Assembly (NCBI RefSeq): GCF_046119375.1
Contig: NW_027362767.1
Location: forward strand, 403,868,001 to 403,932,000
From: Phyllobates terribilis
Taxonomy: Eukaryota
Length of the DNA: 64,000 bases
Direction: 5' to 3'
Shown here: positions 47,483-60,175 of the stretch, one piece after another
Layout of the letters: every line of letters starts with the position of its first letter
Numbering within the stretch: position 1 is the stretch's first letter
Notes under the pieces: model-generated
What the model was told of the DNA's origin: nothing
Seen by the model: the letters and a program-made list of their open reading frames with translations, nothing else
Database searches by the model: none
Position numbers and translations under genes: made by a program

Positions 47483-48321
47483 TATTTTTTTTAAATTTAG
47501 CCAGCTGGCGCGCTACACCGCAGATCCGCTCCCTTCTGCGCGTGCGCAGCCCAGCGGCACCCGGCGCGCTTGCAGCGGGATGACGGCTTCCCGGACTTCC
47601 GGCGCGCTCCGTCACAGGGTGCGACGCGACCCCCACGTGCGCAGACCCAGAAGACCTGCCGGCCGGCCCGCTCAGCTAGTCTTGCGAGGCGCAGACCCGG
47701 CCGCAGGCCCCGGTGCACGCGGGGAGGAATCAAAAAAACAGTACCTCCTCCCCACACGCAGACCCGGGCAGCAGCCAGATGGGCTGGGAACAGGGACCAT
47801 CTGCTGCTTCCACGGCCTCCAGGCCGCACCGTCCATAATCCAGGTACGTAAGGTACCACCTGGTGAGGCTCCCATCAGGGACAGGAACCAAAACTGATGC
47901 GGAGGAGAGGTACCGCCTTTTTATTCAGTAGGTTCCTGTCCTTGGTGGGCGGATACCCTCTCTCAGGTGGTGCTGTCATGGGAGAAGGGGAAAAATACGG
48001 TATTTGGTCTCGCTGTAATCACACTGACCTGAAGAATCAAGATACCAGGTAAAGTTTATCGCAAAATGAAAACGAAACAAACACGAAAGAAAAAAATGGC
48101 AGAACTATTTTTTTTCTAACTTGGAATTTTTGTTTCCAATATATTAATGGGTAAAGTGAATCGAGTCATTCAACTAGTCACAAAATACCAGCCTCTGTAT
48201 GGCTACGTAGATGGAAGTAGGGGAGGAAAAAAAAACAAAAAAACGAAAGTGCAAAAATAACAACTGGCTCCAAAGGGAAGGGGTTAATAGAGCCCGGTAC
48301 AAGGAAGTGGCCGAGTCTCAC

Positions 48322-48706
48322 CTGCGCCAAAGGGATTTCGCAGCAGGTTCCTTGAAAATGGCGTCTTCAGATAAAGTCTCTGCCAGGAGACGTCAGGACA
48401 CATTTCAGCGGCGAGGAGAATCTCTCTCCTCTGATCTCGCTCACACTTTATCCTCCATAGGGAGGGCGAGTCCACCAGATGTCTCCAGCGCCGGCTCACT
48501 AGTCTACAGCGGAGGACCAGGTCCTGAGCCGCTACGAAGCTGAGGATCAAGAGAAGGATCTCCTCCGGGAAAGGCTCCAGGTCCATGAAAAATGCCACCT
48601 GCTTCAGTCTTTGTGAGGCTCCCTGGTAGGATGCAAGCTTAGCCGGCAGTTCCTCCCGGGCCGATGGGGGCTGATCTGATTCCTTAGAGCCGCTCTGACC
48701 CATCAT
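48322..48706 (-). CDS. F-box lectin paralogue B, coding exon 1 (F-box, MGQSGSK N-terminus)
   Basis: Acceptor at 48721, ATGATG at 48706/48703, F-box LEPFPEEILLLILSF, donor at 48321; phase 1 joins the 41022 exon across a 7.3-kb intron; 294-aa ORF from the second ATG. Confidence 0.9.
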
Positions 48707-48847
48707 AAGGTGATCAAAGCCTGCAGGAAAGAGGAAAAAAAACAGATACAACATGTGTATGAAACACAAGTCTGAAAGAGGCCTTAATGAATCGGGGCCT
48801 TGGTGTAGTCCTGGCCAGACTGATAATTAGGTGTAATCTCTTGTTAA

Positions 48848-49387
48848 AGAAGTTGTGCAGTACTTTATATAACCCCCTTCAATGTATCCCCCCAGGCCCC
48901 TAAGACTTTTTCTAATTACTTTACGTTGCTGATAATGCCTGTGAGCGGCGCTATCGGTGTCCACTCACAGGCATCACGTGACCCCGCACTGATGTCACGA
49001 CAAGTGAGGCATCAGTGCTGGGGTCCCCGTGGTGGCTGATGGGCTGTTGGCGGGGTTACCCCCCCCCCCACATCACACCCGGCATCCACCGCACGCTTTC
49101 CCAATGAATGGGGAGAGGCAGAGCGCGCGGTGGATGCCGGGTGTGACGCGGGGGATAACCCGCCCACAGCCTGGAATCCACCGTGGAACGCAGAAGACAG
49201 AGATCCCCGGCTGCTGCCAGCACTTGTAGTGACATCAGCGGATTTCAGGGCCGGCTGCAACCGGGGGTCACGTGATGCCTGTGAGCGGCCAGTGATAGCG
49301 CCACTCACAGGCAGTATCTGCAATGTAAGGTAATTCCAAAAATCCTTAGGGGCACCGGGGGGTAATATAAAGTACTGGACAACCCCT
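48848..49387. mobile_element. Palindromic TTAA-target MITE
   Basis: TTAA flanks; homologous to 38901-39440. Confidence 0.7.
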
Positions 49388-50593
49388 TTAATAGGACGAG
49401 TGCCTGCAGGCAAAAGACCAGTGTACGGCTATGGTCACACGTTCAGTTTTTGCAGTTTTTTTTTTAATGCAACCTAAAAGCTGCACACACTTATATTTTT
49501 TTCCTGACTGAATTGGAAAACTGCCGTGTGTCAGTGCTTTCAGTGTTTTTGCAGCATATTTTCTACCAGTAGAAAGCAATGAGAAAGTGCAAAAACACAG
49601 CTAAAAACCTGCAGCCATGCATTATTGATGAATAAAACTAACTTTATTAAACATGTACTGTAGACAAATGACACATATAATCCTCACTCAAAAAAAGCAG
49701 TAAAACCTGACGCTATTTGTAAACAGCTTCTTTACTGCCGAGAGCAGTTTTTGCCTACAGGAAAAAGACACTGTAAAAGCGCAACGTGTGAACATAGCCT
49801 AACTGTCAACTGTGGGGTGCCAGAATTAGAACTTCTCACCGAAACCCACCAGTGACAAGACGCCAGCCATAGACGTCCCCCCATGACAAGACACTGGTCA
49901 CACACTCTTCCACCCCCCCCCCCCCCCATGACAAAATGCAGGCCACATACGTCCCCGCACCCATGACAAGACGTTGGCCAATGATGCCCCCAACCACCCC
50001 TCCCCCCCCGTAACAAGAAGCCAGCCACAGAAGCGCACCCATCCCATGACAAGACACTGGTCACACACGCTCCCCCCCTCCCATGATAAGATGCCAGCCA
50101 CAGAAGCGCACCCCTCCCCCAGTGACAAGACGCCGGCCACAGACGACCCCATGACAGCACCATTTGGAAATACTGCGATTGCTGCCCTAGTGTGAAGGGG
50201 GATCTCGGTATACCGATGTTCAGCAGACGCGTGTGATTGGCTGCAGCGGTCAAGTGCTGTTGTGGACGTGTTACATGTGAATAGATGGCACACGCGTGCA
50301 ACATAGATCTGCGAAATCCATCATTATCTACTGTCTGCACTATAGGATGGGGCGGGGGGGGGCGCCACTGTGCAAAACAGGCAAAAACTTTAAGCTCCAT
50401 GTGTAAAAGCATCACATCCTGGTAACCATAGCAACTTGTCAGCGTGGAAACCTCCGGTTGCCATGGTAACAGCTGTACCTGCCCGTCAGCGCTAGACACA
50501 TGTGTTATATGACATCAGACGCAGCAGGTCCCTGATAAGAAGCGGGGACGCCCCAGTGTCCCAGGCTCCGGGCCGCCCACGGGTGAACGTTAC

Positions 50594-50780
50594 CTGCAGG
50601 GATAAGACACGCTGTGTGCACGGTGAACACGCATAACGACCTCTAACCGGAAAGTAAGGTGCGCCGCAGCGCTGAGAGCAGCGCTAATGACATCCGTAAT
50701 CCCGCCCATCCATGGGCGGGGCACAATGAGTAGTGTGAGCGGAAGTCAGGGAATTGTGGGAGTTGTAGTTTCTAAAGTTC
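50594..50780 (-). promoter_or_regulatory. CpG-rich promoter and probable non-coding exon 1 of paralogue B
   Basis: ZNF143-type ACTACAACTCCC (50758-50769, minus), ETS GCGGAAGT, two GC boxes, donor CAG|GTAACG at 50594/50593. Confidence 0.7.
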
Positions 50781-52319
50781 TTCGAACTGTTTCGCGCGAT
50801 GGGCCTGCACTCACAGTAGGGGACTGCCATAACTGGGGGACTGCCCTCTCTGGGGGGGGTCTGCACTCACTGTAGGGGACTACCCTCTCTCGCTGGATTG
50901 CTCTGAGCCTTCTCTGGGGGTCTGCCATAACTGGGGGACTACCCTCTCTCGCTGGATTGCCCTGAGCCCTCTCTGGGGTTCTGCATTCTGGTCTCTAAGG
51001 GTCCAAATCATAATTTCAGCACTTTGAGGTCACTTCTTGTCTTGGCATATTTGTATTTGTGCTAAATTTATATTTAAAAAAAATTGCTCAGAAAGTTGGT
51101 GAATTTTGTGCAAAAGCAAGAATGTTTTTTTTTAATCCTTGTGTTTAACCTTCTTTTCCAACTTTTTAGTGCAAAAAAAGTTACACAAACTTTTCTGGGG
51201 TACACGACATCCCTAGGACCGGATCACATTTTGCTGCAACTTTTGTAAAAGTAGCAAATGATGAATCAGGTTGAAGCATCTGTTACCCCCAAACCCTGCC
51301 CCCAGGTCGCTGCGCCCCCAGAGTCGCTGACATAGAGGCAGAGTTCGGTATGTGCAGACGGTCGGTATTGGCTGCGCTTTGAATGCAGTATACTTTCTGC
51401 TGTGTCAATAGCGCTGCATGCAGGTGAATCCGTGTGTGTTCAGTGAACCGTGCGGATTCACCTGCCGTCACTGCATCCTAGACATTGCACTGATAGAATT
51501 TCTCTTGCGGAAACCAGTGTCTCCACAAGAGAAATTGACATCCTGTGGTCTGTGAATACGCGCCGCATGTCCGTCTCCGCGGGTGAGCCGCAGGATCACA
51601 CAGGCACATAGTGGACATGGGATTTGTACAAGTCCCATCCACTATGCTGTGACATCTGGCCACTGCGCAATTGCATACAGCGCAAGTGCGCGGCATACAA
51701 TCTGCAGCGTTTACTGACCGTGTGCACGCACCCTAATGTGTGTGTTAGCTGTGAGTGTCAGAAACATCGCCAGGAGGAGCTGAGGGGGCACAAACTTTTG
51801 TTGCTGGTGTTCTGATATGAACACTTGGTGCTTGTACTGATTGTATCTACTGGTCCTTTTGTCGTATATTAAAGCGATATGAGTCAGTGCAGAAGAGGAT
51901 ATAATAAAGGTGTAATGTGCATTGTATGACTTTTATTTTATTGTTGGTGACATTTATTACTGCATGTCTGTACAGTGCTCTACATCCTACCTTCTGCCAT
52001 AGGAACATTACATGGAGAAAGTATCTGTCCCCACGTCTTAATCACTCAATTCTGTTTTTTACTTTAGTCCCATTGCCCCCCAATGTATAACATACGGCAC
52101 CTAGCCCCCCACTGGTGTATAACATTTGACCTCTCACCCCCATTGTATAACATATAGCCTCTCACCGTATGACATCCAGCCCCCCGCCATGCCGTCTGCC
52201 TTTACTATCATGTGACAGAACGGCCGGTGGTGCAGAGCTCACTGATACCAGTGCGGTCCTGTAATAGGAGCCACCGAGGTAACAAGTCCGCTCATGACAT
52301 TTCCTAAATCTTCCCCCAT

Positions 52320-52670
52320 CACCTCTGAGTGATATTATTGAGAAGTGGAAGAAACAGCAGCAACTCTGCCATGAAGTGGAGACCCCATAACGTTACAGAA
52401 TGGGGGGCCGAGTGCTGGGGAGCAGAGGGCAGAAAAGTCACCAATGCTCTGCTGACCCCATAACTGCAGAGTCCAGACCACCTCTGTGGTAATAACATCA
52501 GCACAAACACTGCGCCCCCAATGGGAGCTTCATGGCCGAGCAGCTACATGCAGCCGTACATCAGAAAGCACAAGGTTGAGCATCGGATGGAGTGGTGTAA
52601 GGCTGCCACCTCTGGACTCTGGAGGGGACATGTTCTGTGCAGTGATGGATCACACTTCTCTATGAAGCAA
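52320..52670 (+). mobile_element. Degenerate Tc1 transposase fragment
   Basis: Decayed WCK..W..VLCSDGSHFS reading similar to Tc1 W...VLWSDESRFS; multiple deletions. Confidence 0.55.
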
Positions 52671-54871
52671 TCCATTTATTTTTCACAGACCCATAGACTT
52701 GCATTGGTGAGCGAGATTCACGACCCAGATCAATCCAGACGTCTCCATTTTTTATTCCTGCAGACACTCAGTTCATCAAAAATCAAGAACTTGTGACCAG
52801 CCCCATTAGCCTACAATGGGTATGTGTTTTGGGGTTAATGAATTTTGTGCAAAATGAAAAATTATTTTCATTTTGGTCTTTTGCCTTTTTTTTTTGCAAC
52901 TTTTTAAGCTTAAAAAAGTTGAATGTTCTGCTAAAATGTTTAAAAAGTTGTGCAAAGTTTTGGCGTCCATAAAAATCGCACTGGAGGAGATTGGGGTAAA
53001 TTTGTACACTTTTTTTTTTTAAGTCGTAATTGATGAATCAGCCATAAACATTTGGAAACCCCAAACTCCGGCCACAATGGCGAACATTTACAAAAAAACA
53101 ATACATATAAATCTTATAAAATAGCCGTTACATTTTTTTGTTTTTCAGCCAGAAAAATCTACATTCCACATCTCAGTGTGAACGTACCCTTAGCATGTTT
53201 TCCTAGATGCAGTGCTGGTTTTGTGCAGGAGAGGGCAGTTGTGCGCCGCACAGGACGCTCCTTATAGGACGGCCCTTTTGTTTTTTTTGTTTCCGGCTTT
53301 TCCAAGACTGTCTCCAGCAGAATATCACTGGCTGCTAACCCCCCTACTAAGAGGGAGGCACTTGATTTTACCACGAGGACTTCCCAGGTACGTACCTCAT
53401 TCACCTAATATCGTGACTACATAGGATTCAGTACTAACCTCTTATATACAACTGTATACTATATTCCACCATAATCTTTGGTGTTTTGTTTTTTCCGAAC
53501 TTCACTTTACTGCAACAATGACCCGTTAACTTTGTCCTACAGGTCACTATGGTTATGGTGATAACAAATTTATGTAGTTTTACTACTTATATTTTATTAG
53601 TTTGGATGGTTTACGTACGCAGCGAGGATTCTCCCCAAGTGTATTGACATGTCTAGTTGGACTGTGGCCATGAGTATGTGATTTGCATACTTATGGGCAC
53701 ATTCCGACTAGACGTGTCAGTACACTTGCATTGAGCATTCTGTGCACGTCTAGTCGGCATGTGACCGCCTGAATCGGAGAATTCTCTCAGTGCACACACT
53801 GTACACTGTGAAGATTCACAAGTCTAAAGTCACACTTTGTGATTGCAGACTTGTAGCTAGACAGCCCCTGTAAGGAGGATTCCAGCTTACATGGCAATGC
53901 CAATAGGGTCAATAGTTGCCTGACAGGACACCTCCTCCCCATTTCAATCTCTTAAATGCTGCTGTCAGGATTAATAAAGGCATCTAAGGGGGTTAAAGCA
54001 CTGAAATAGAAGCTACTTTAACTCCGAGCCAGTTACTCAGGTGCTGGCTGTATAACACAGCCGGCACTGCTCTCTCCATACATGCAGGGTGCACATCTGC
54101 TGTACATGTACAATGGAAGTCACTAATGAAAATCTGGGACCCGGTGCATCCTCGAAAGTTGACTGTCGCTGATGTCAATCCTTTCTGGACCAGCGTACAG
54201 CTCCGTGCACTTGTACACGTCGTGGAATTGCGCCATAGCTGCATGTACCGCACGAGAGAATGATAAATGAGCACTTACACATTGACGACCGCTGGTCCAT
54301 GTACGGTCTGTTTTGCATATGGACCGAAAATGAGCTTGTGTGACCCTGCTTTACACCGAGATGTACATGGGGGCGCGGACAGGACTCATTATATTGCAGA
54401 ATATTACATTTCTAGGAAATAACCTCCTTCCTTTAGTCACTGTTCCGCTAAACCCCAAACCACTAACCCCTGTGCAGAGTCATGACTCCTCCGTGTGACC
54501 CAGATAGGAAGAATACTGCACGTGACAGATGGAAGCGGAAGGTGCAGGGATGGTGGAATCGGCTTAGATACAGCATTAACTCTTATTACGTCTGGAGATA
54601 AGCGGCGCCAGGAGTGTCCTGCATCCGTATCTCCACCATACGATCTATTGATCCATATTTAGGAAGTTACATGTTTATAAGGGAGTCCGCTTTTGGATTA
54701 CACTGACCAAATCATTTGCAGGGTTTTTTTATTGTCACTGACGCTTTTTGTTCCAAAATTCTTCAAAACGACACACACATTTTAAAAATTCTATGCAGAT
54801 TAAATAATGTTCTTTAGATTTGACTTTAACTTTTTTTTTTGTGACTGTTTAGCGAAAATACTTTTAGCAGG

Positions 54872-54971
54872 ATGTGGACGTCTATTCTACCCTTGTGCGC
54901 GATCGTGATGTCCTCAAGCGGTGCCAACATTGGCTGGTACCAGCCCGAGCAGGTGCACCTCTCATATACAG
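54872..54971 (+). CDS. ACP7: Purple acid phosphatase ACP7, first coding exon
   Basis: Short signal peptide then QPEQVHLSYTG (human APEQVHLSYPG); donor GTAAGC; phase 1. Confidence 0.92.
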
Positions 54972-55345
54972 GTAAGCATTGATCATAAAATGGACTGTGA
55001 TTTCGGACAGCCCCACTCCCCAAATTTAATAAGGGTAGCTGCTTTGATATTGGCACTGACGGAAAGCAAATCAAAAAACGCCCCCTGCTGGCACTCTTGT
55101 TTTGTTACCAATACATTTTCTTATTGAACCTGTTTCAGTTTCTCTGCAGCGCCTCCCCAGGGAAAATTAAGTAATACACACTGTTTATTCAAATCAATAG
55201 GATTTTTGTGTAATACAGGACAGGCTGTGTCCTCCAGAGCCAGAGACGCTGTTTGTAACCTACTCTACACTTTGGCAATAGATGAGGATCCTAAAAAAAG
55301 CCACCTACCCACCACACACTTTTAACTCTGTATTCTGTAATATAG

Positions 55346-56023
55346 TGTCACAACACTGTTTGATATCCCGGAGCTAGGCACTCCTTCCCTATCCCTAAAG
55401 CTAGGGGCGCCCTATCCCTGCTCCCCGGATTACTTCTGATGGTGAAGACTCTGGGGCCACGTACCTTGCTGAACTCCAGAATCAGCCCTTATCTGTCCCC
55501 TTCCTCACCCAGGGAAGTGGGGAGTAGTAGTGTATAAGAATATACAAACCAGACTAACAAGGAAAGATGTACAGGAATAAATTAAAATACCAATCATACA
55601 AATATGCACTCACAAACAACAACGTGGAACACTGAGAAGTAAAGGGAAGGAAAAACACAATAGGAGAGGATGAGGATATGCACACAGACAAATCACCAAG
55701 CAACATTCTTCAGAACAACACTCAAAACGCCTCCTCAAACAACCAACGCCTCCAACTCCAGAACCAGGCAGTATGAAACTAACACTGGCAATCCTGATTG
55801 CCAGAGGCAGCATATATATCAGAGGGGAGTGGCCAACACTGGACAGCTGAGACTATTAAAGCAGGAAAGCTCCAGGAGCTATCAACAGAACAGATTAACT
55901 CCTGCACTGCTAGCAGAAACATGCACTGTTTAATATGAAGGTGAAGTGCATCTATTCAGTGCAGAAGTACGTGAAATCAGGCATCACAGTATTCTGGCCT
56001 CTCTCTCGCGGTAAACCGTGACA
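55346..56023. mobile_element. Solo LTR
   Basis: TGTCAC...GTGACA termini with exact 5-bp TSD TATAG; no internal coding sequence. Confidence 0.85.
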
Positions 56024-56520
56024 TATAGGCGTGTCTTTAGCTGTTCTCTATAATTACCCTGTAAGCCACCCCCTCTTGTAAAGACCATAAAAATAGCACC
56101 AAATAAAAAGGCCATATTCCTGGAACCGTATGGTGGATTTAAACAAAACAAAAACGGAATAGGGGAAGAACAAGAAAAAGATGAGAAAAAACTTGCGACC
56201 TGGTGACAAGTGCAGTCCCACTGATCCGTTGATTGAAGGTGCCATGGCTCGCTGCTGGACGTGGCACAGCAGTGGTCATGAAAGCTACGGCAAGCTTGCA
56301 GTTCCCTCTGCTACAACCACAACACAGTGTATGGCGCTGTGCCAGTTCTGGAGCACAACGGCACCTTCAATCAGCTGCTTTGTTTTGGACCTCCACCATC
56401 TGACATTGATGGTATCACCTATAGATAGTTCCTTCCTCTGGTGGGTGCATCCATCATTGCGTGTACACACTACTCAGTATAATTTATAGAACAGTTTAAT
56501 TGATCTTATTTACCATTCAG

Positions 56521-56724
56521 GTCATCCGGCAACCATGACTGTGACCTGGACCACCTTCAGCTGGACCCCATCGGTAGTAGAATACAATCCTCTGCCCGGA
56601 CGTGCTTCCTTCAATCTCACTGCTTATGGCAGTGTCAGCATCTTTGTAGATGGAGGACCAAAACATAGAAAGATGTTTATCCATCGGGTTACTCTGGAGA
56701 ATATGGATCCTGGTCAGAAATATG
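56521..56724 (+). CDS. ACP7: ACP7 coding exon 2 (N-terminal FN3-like domain)
   Basis: MTVTWTT...FVDGG...RKMFIHRVTL...PGQKY matches human; 204 nt, phase 1/1. Confidence 0.95.
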
Positions 56725-56872
56725 GTAAGACAAGATCAGGAATCATGGAAGGGGGAAAATGGTCAGGTTGGTCTCCTCTCGTTGTATCTCATGTGGGCTT
56801 TGTTTGGATACTGTGCTGTCATACAAAACTAGTCACATTGTTGAATGCTCTAAGTATTCATATGCAGCTTAT

Positions 56873-57240
56873 TTAAAGGGAAGCTGTCATTTTCCATAAA
56901 TATGTAATTTTTTAATCTGGTGTAAATGCCGCTGTTCTCCTGAATCCGGCGATGTTTTTTTTCGTTCCTGCTCCTCTCCGTTCCTGAGATATGGCCTCCT
57001 CTTTCCTGTATTTAAATATAGTCTTGTTGTGAAGTAGGTGTGGCCCTGAACTCTCCTCTGTGGGCGTTTCCTTTCATGACCACACCCACTCGGTAACTAG
57101 ATTAGATTTATATACAGGAAACAGAGGGAAATATCTCAGGAATGGAGAGGAGCAGGAAGAAAAGAAAAACATCGCCGGATTCAGGAGAACAGCGGTATTT
57201 ACACCAGGTAAAAAAAAAATACATATTTACAGCAATTAAA
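56873..57240. mobile_element. Palindromic T2-like MITE
   Basis: Long inverted arms (GTAAATGCCGCTGTTCTCCTGAATCCGGCGATG / CATCGCCGGATTCAGGAGAACAGCGGTATTTAC); TTAAAGGGAA left end. Confidence 0.7.
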
Positions 57241-59735
57241 TATTATACAGTTGTAGCAGAGTTGGCGCTATTGTTTGGCCACAATCTAGTGCATAAGCTG
57301 AACTCTATGGGTTTCCAACCACTAAAGAAAGTTCTGTAACATCTGTACTTGGGATTATATACTTTACTGTCGTAGGCTTAAATTGAGCAAGACAAGCTGT
57401 TCTCCTCTTCTAATCTGTAAGCTTTTATACCATTTACTTTTGCTTTAAGCCCCGCTCTGGTGCCATATTTTTTATTGTGTAAAATCTCATCAGCCAGATG
57501 TTAAAGGGGGATATTAAGTTCTTAAAAACTCTCCTTAGGGCAGGCCATCAGTATTAGATCGGGTAGGGGTCCGACTCTCCTCACTTTTGTCGATCAGCTG
57601 TTTAAAAGGGCCACAGTCCTATAATGTATAGATTTACCGTAGGGCGGAAAAATACAAGTTGGGTGAAATAATGAAAAAAAATAAATAATGCAATTTTGCC
57701 TTTTTTTTTTTTTTTTTTTTTTATACAAAGTTCATTGTGCGGTAAAAATAAATTTGGCAACATAAATCTCCAGGTCAAAACGATTACAGCGATAGAATTA
57801 AATAGGTTTTGTTTTAATTATTTTTATAGTTTAAAAAAATTCAGAACTTTGAAAAAAAAATTTGTTTTCCTGAGATCCATAACTTTTTTATTTTTCTGTA
57901 GATGATGCTGTGTGAGGGCTTGTTTTTTTGCGGGCTGAATTGTTATTTTTATTGATACAATTTTGGAGCATCTATGATGTTTTGATTGCTTTTTGGGAGG
58001 AGGGGAAGCAATTCTGGCATTTTGATTTTTTTTTTCTTTACCATATTTTGGGGTGAATTTTTTCATGGAACAGAGTTTTAAAGATATCAAATATATACGG
58101 TATATATAATTTTTTTTGGGGGGTGTTAAAACTGGTAAGGGGAATTAAAACTTATTTTTTATTTTAAAATTTTTATTAAATATTACTAATTTAATTTTCA
58201 CTTAATATTTTTAACCTGATAATTTGTTCTGTATGCGGCAATTTTAATATTGCGATCTTCCATGAAGCCTGGCCACACGCTGGGTGTTAGATGGCGGCCT
58301 ACATTAGCCGCTAGCTGCCATGGCAACTCCTAGCAGCCATGACACAGCCGGAAGCTTCGTAGCCCGCTACATGCGCACCCTGATGGTGACCGACTATTAC
58401 ATCAGGATTGAAAAAATATAAGCTGGGCTGTCATTGGTTGCTATGGGCAACAAAAAAAAACCATTTTTCTTTTTAGGCCCACAATGATAGTTCATAATAG
58501 GCCTCATTTGCCAAAACTCTCTTTGTTGTCCATAGCAACCAATCAGAGCAAAGCTTATATTTTTTAAACTGCTCTGGTAAAATGAAAGCTGCGCTGTGAT
58601 TGGTTGCTATAGGTAACAGAGCCAATTTTTCTACTGAAGTTATATCACCAATGTATGATTTTTGGGGCGGATTCCCACCAGTCTGGAGAATAGGGGGTCT
58701 TGTGTCTCTCGCTTGTGGTAGCACACATGGGCGACCACCGCACTGTTTACGGAAGTGGTGGTCACACGTGCACTACCAATCCAATGGAGATTAATTAGCG
58801 GCGGTTGGGCATGTGTACCACCAATCTATTTACACATGAGACACGGGACCCCCGTTCTCAGCAGTCTTGCCCCCACCAGTCGTAAAGTTATAGGTGGCAG
58901 ATCTGCATCGGTGACCAATATTTTATGTAAGGGGACAATCCCTTTTAAATGTCCGCCTTGTAATACAACATCTGACCTGTAGTGGGCGCTAGCTGCAACT
59001 TATCCTGGTGATCACAGCTGATCACTGGTGATCACGGTCTGCTGCATGGTGGCAAAACCGCTTGACCGTTTTTTTTTTTGCTGTCTGGGAAGTATTTTGG
59101 GTCTACACCACTATCATCCAGCATCCCCCATGTGTGAAAACCCTGACCAGTAATAATAATACAGTCATTTCTGACTTCTTGTATAAAGCAGCCATATTTC
59201 ACGGCGATCAGTAATCTATGGGTGTATTTTATAGCCCTGAAATATGCAGACAAATCCCATACACCTTGGACAGTGCCATATATCCATCATCTGTCATCTG
59301 TCTACTCGTCGCCTAACAGTCTCATTGGTCTGAGAGTGAATTACGGCCAATCTCACGGGCACCTGCCATATTGCGGCTCGTTTGTCTCAGTATATCAGTG
59401 ATAACCTTCTTTTTCACCGTGATGATTTATTTGTTTGCAGGTCATAATCATTGTGTCCTTGTTGTAATGAGAATTATGGCTGCATGCACTGACTTCCCCT
59501 TCAGGTGGGCTTGTGCTTATACACAGCAGCCTATCTGAAAAAGCAGAGCTGCAGTGCAAAGGATAGAGGAGGAGAGGAGCAGCAGCGTGAGAATCCAATG
59601 AGGCAAGGGATGGATTTCTGACTACCCCAGACCCCACTAGATAATAGAGCTGAGCTTTATACACTTACAGATGATTGGTCAATGTTTTATTTTTACTTAT
59701 TTTTGTAAATTGTCTGATTTGGCTGGGTGAGATGC

Positions 59736-60152
59736 TAAGACTGGGATCTAAGGGGGAAGTTTTCTCTTTATGGAGAGTGACATGCCAGGTCTGGCACCCC
59801 ATTATGAGGAGGCTTAATCGCCTTGCAATGCTATTCTGGGAAAATAAATATGCAAATTGTCTCTTCAGAGAGGAAGAGGACTTATGCTCTAATACCACCT
59901 ATTGGAAGTAGCAACCCTGCAAGTCAATATCGATATTAAAGGGTCGATTATAGAGTTGATATTGACTTGTAGGATTGCTACTTCCTATCGGTGACGCTAG
60001 AGTTCAAGTCCTCTTGCTCTCTGAAGAGACAATTTGCATATTTAATTTCCCAGAGGAGCATGCAAGGCATTTAAGCCTCCTCATACTGGCGTGCCAGACC
60101 TGGCATGTCACTATCCATAAGGAGAAAACTTACCTCTTAGATCTCATACTTA
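59736..60152. mobile_element. ~417-bp fold-back MITE
   Basis: About 190-bp imperfect inverted arms around a short loop. Confidence 0.8.
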
Positions 60153-60175
60153 TTTTTGCAATTCTTGTCCTTTAG

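Larger units (their letters stand above)
42611..47994 (-). mobile_element. DIRS1-like tyrosine-recombinase retrotransposon, structurally complete
   Basis: About 105-bp inverted terminal repeats, internal complementary region 42858-42944 matching both termini, gag, RT/RH, methyltransferase-like and YR ORFs; AAAA duplicated at the ends. Confidence 0.96.

Noticed and set aside
38599-48720. Three F-box genes, or an orphan F-box exon at 48.3-48.7 kb
   Set aside because: The 38.6-41.0 kb exons lack an F-box exon and join in phase to the 48.3 kb exon across the DIRS-containing intron, forming one gene.
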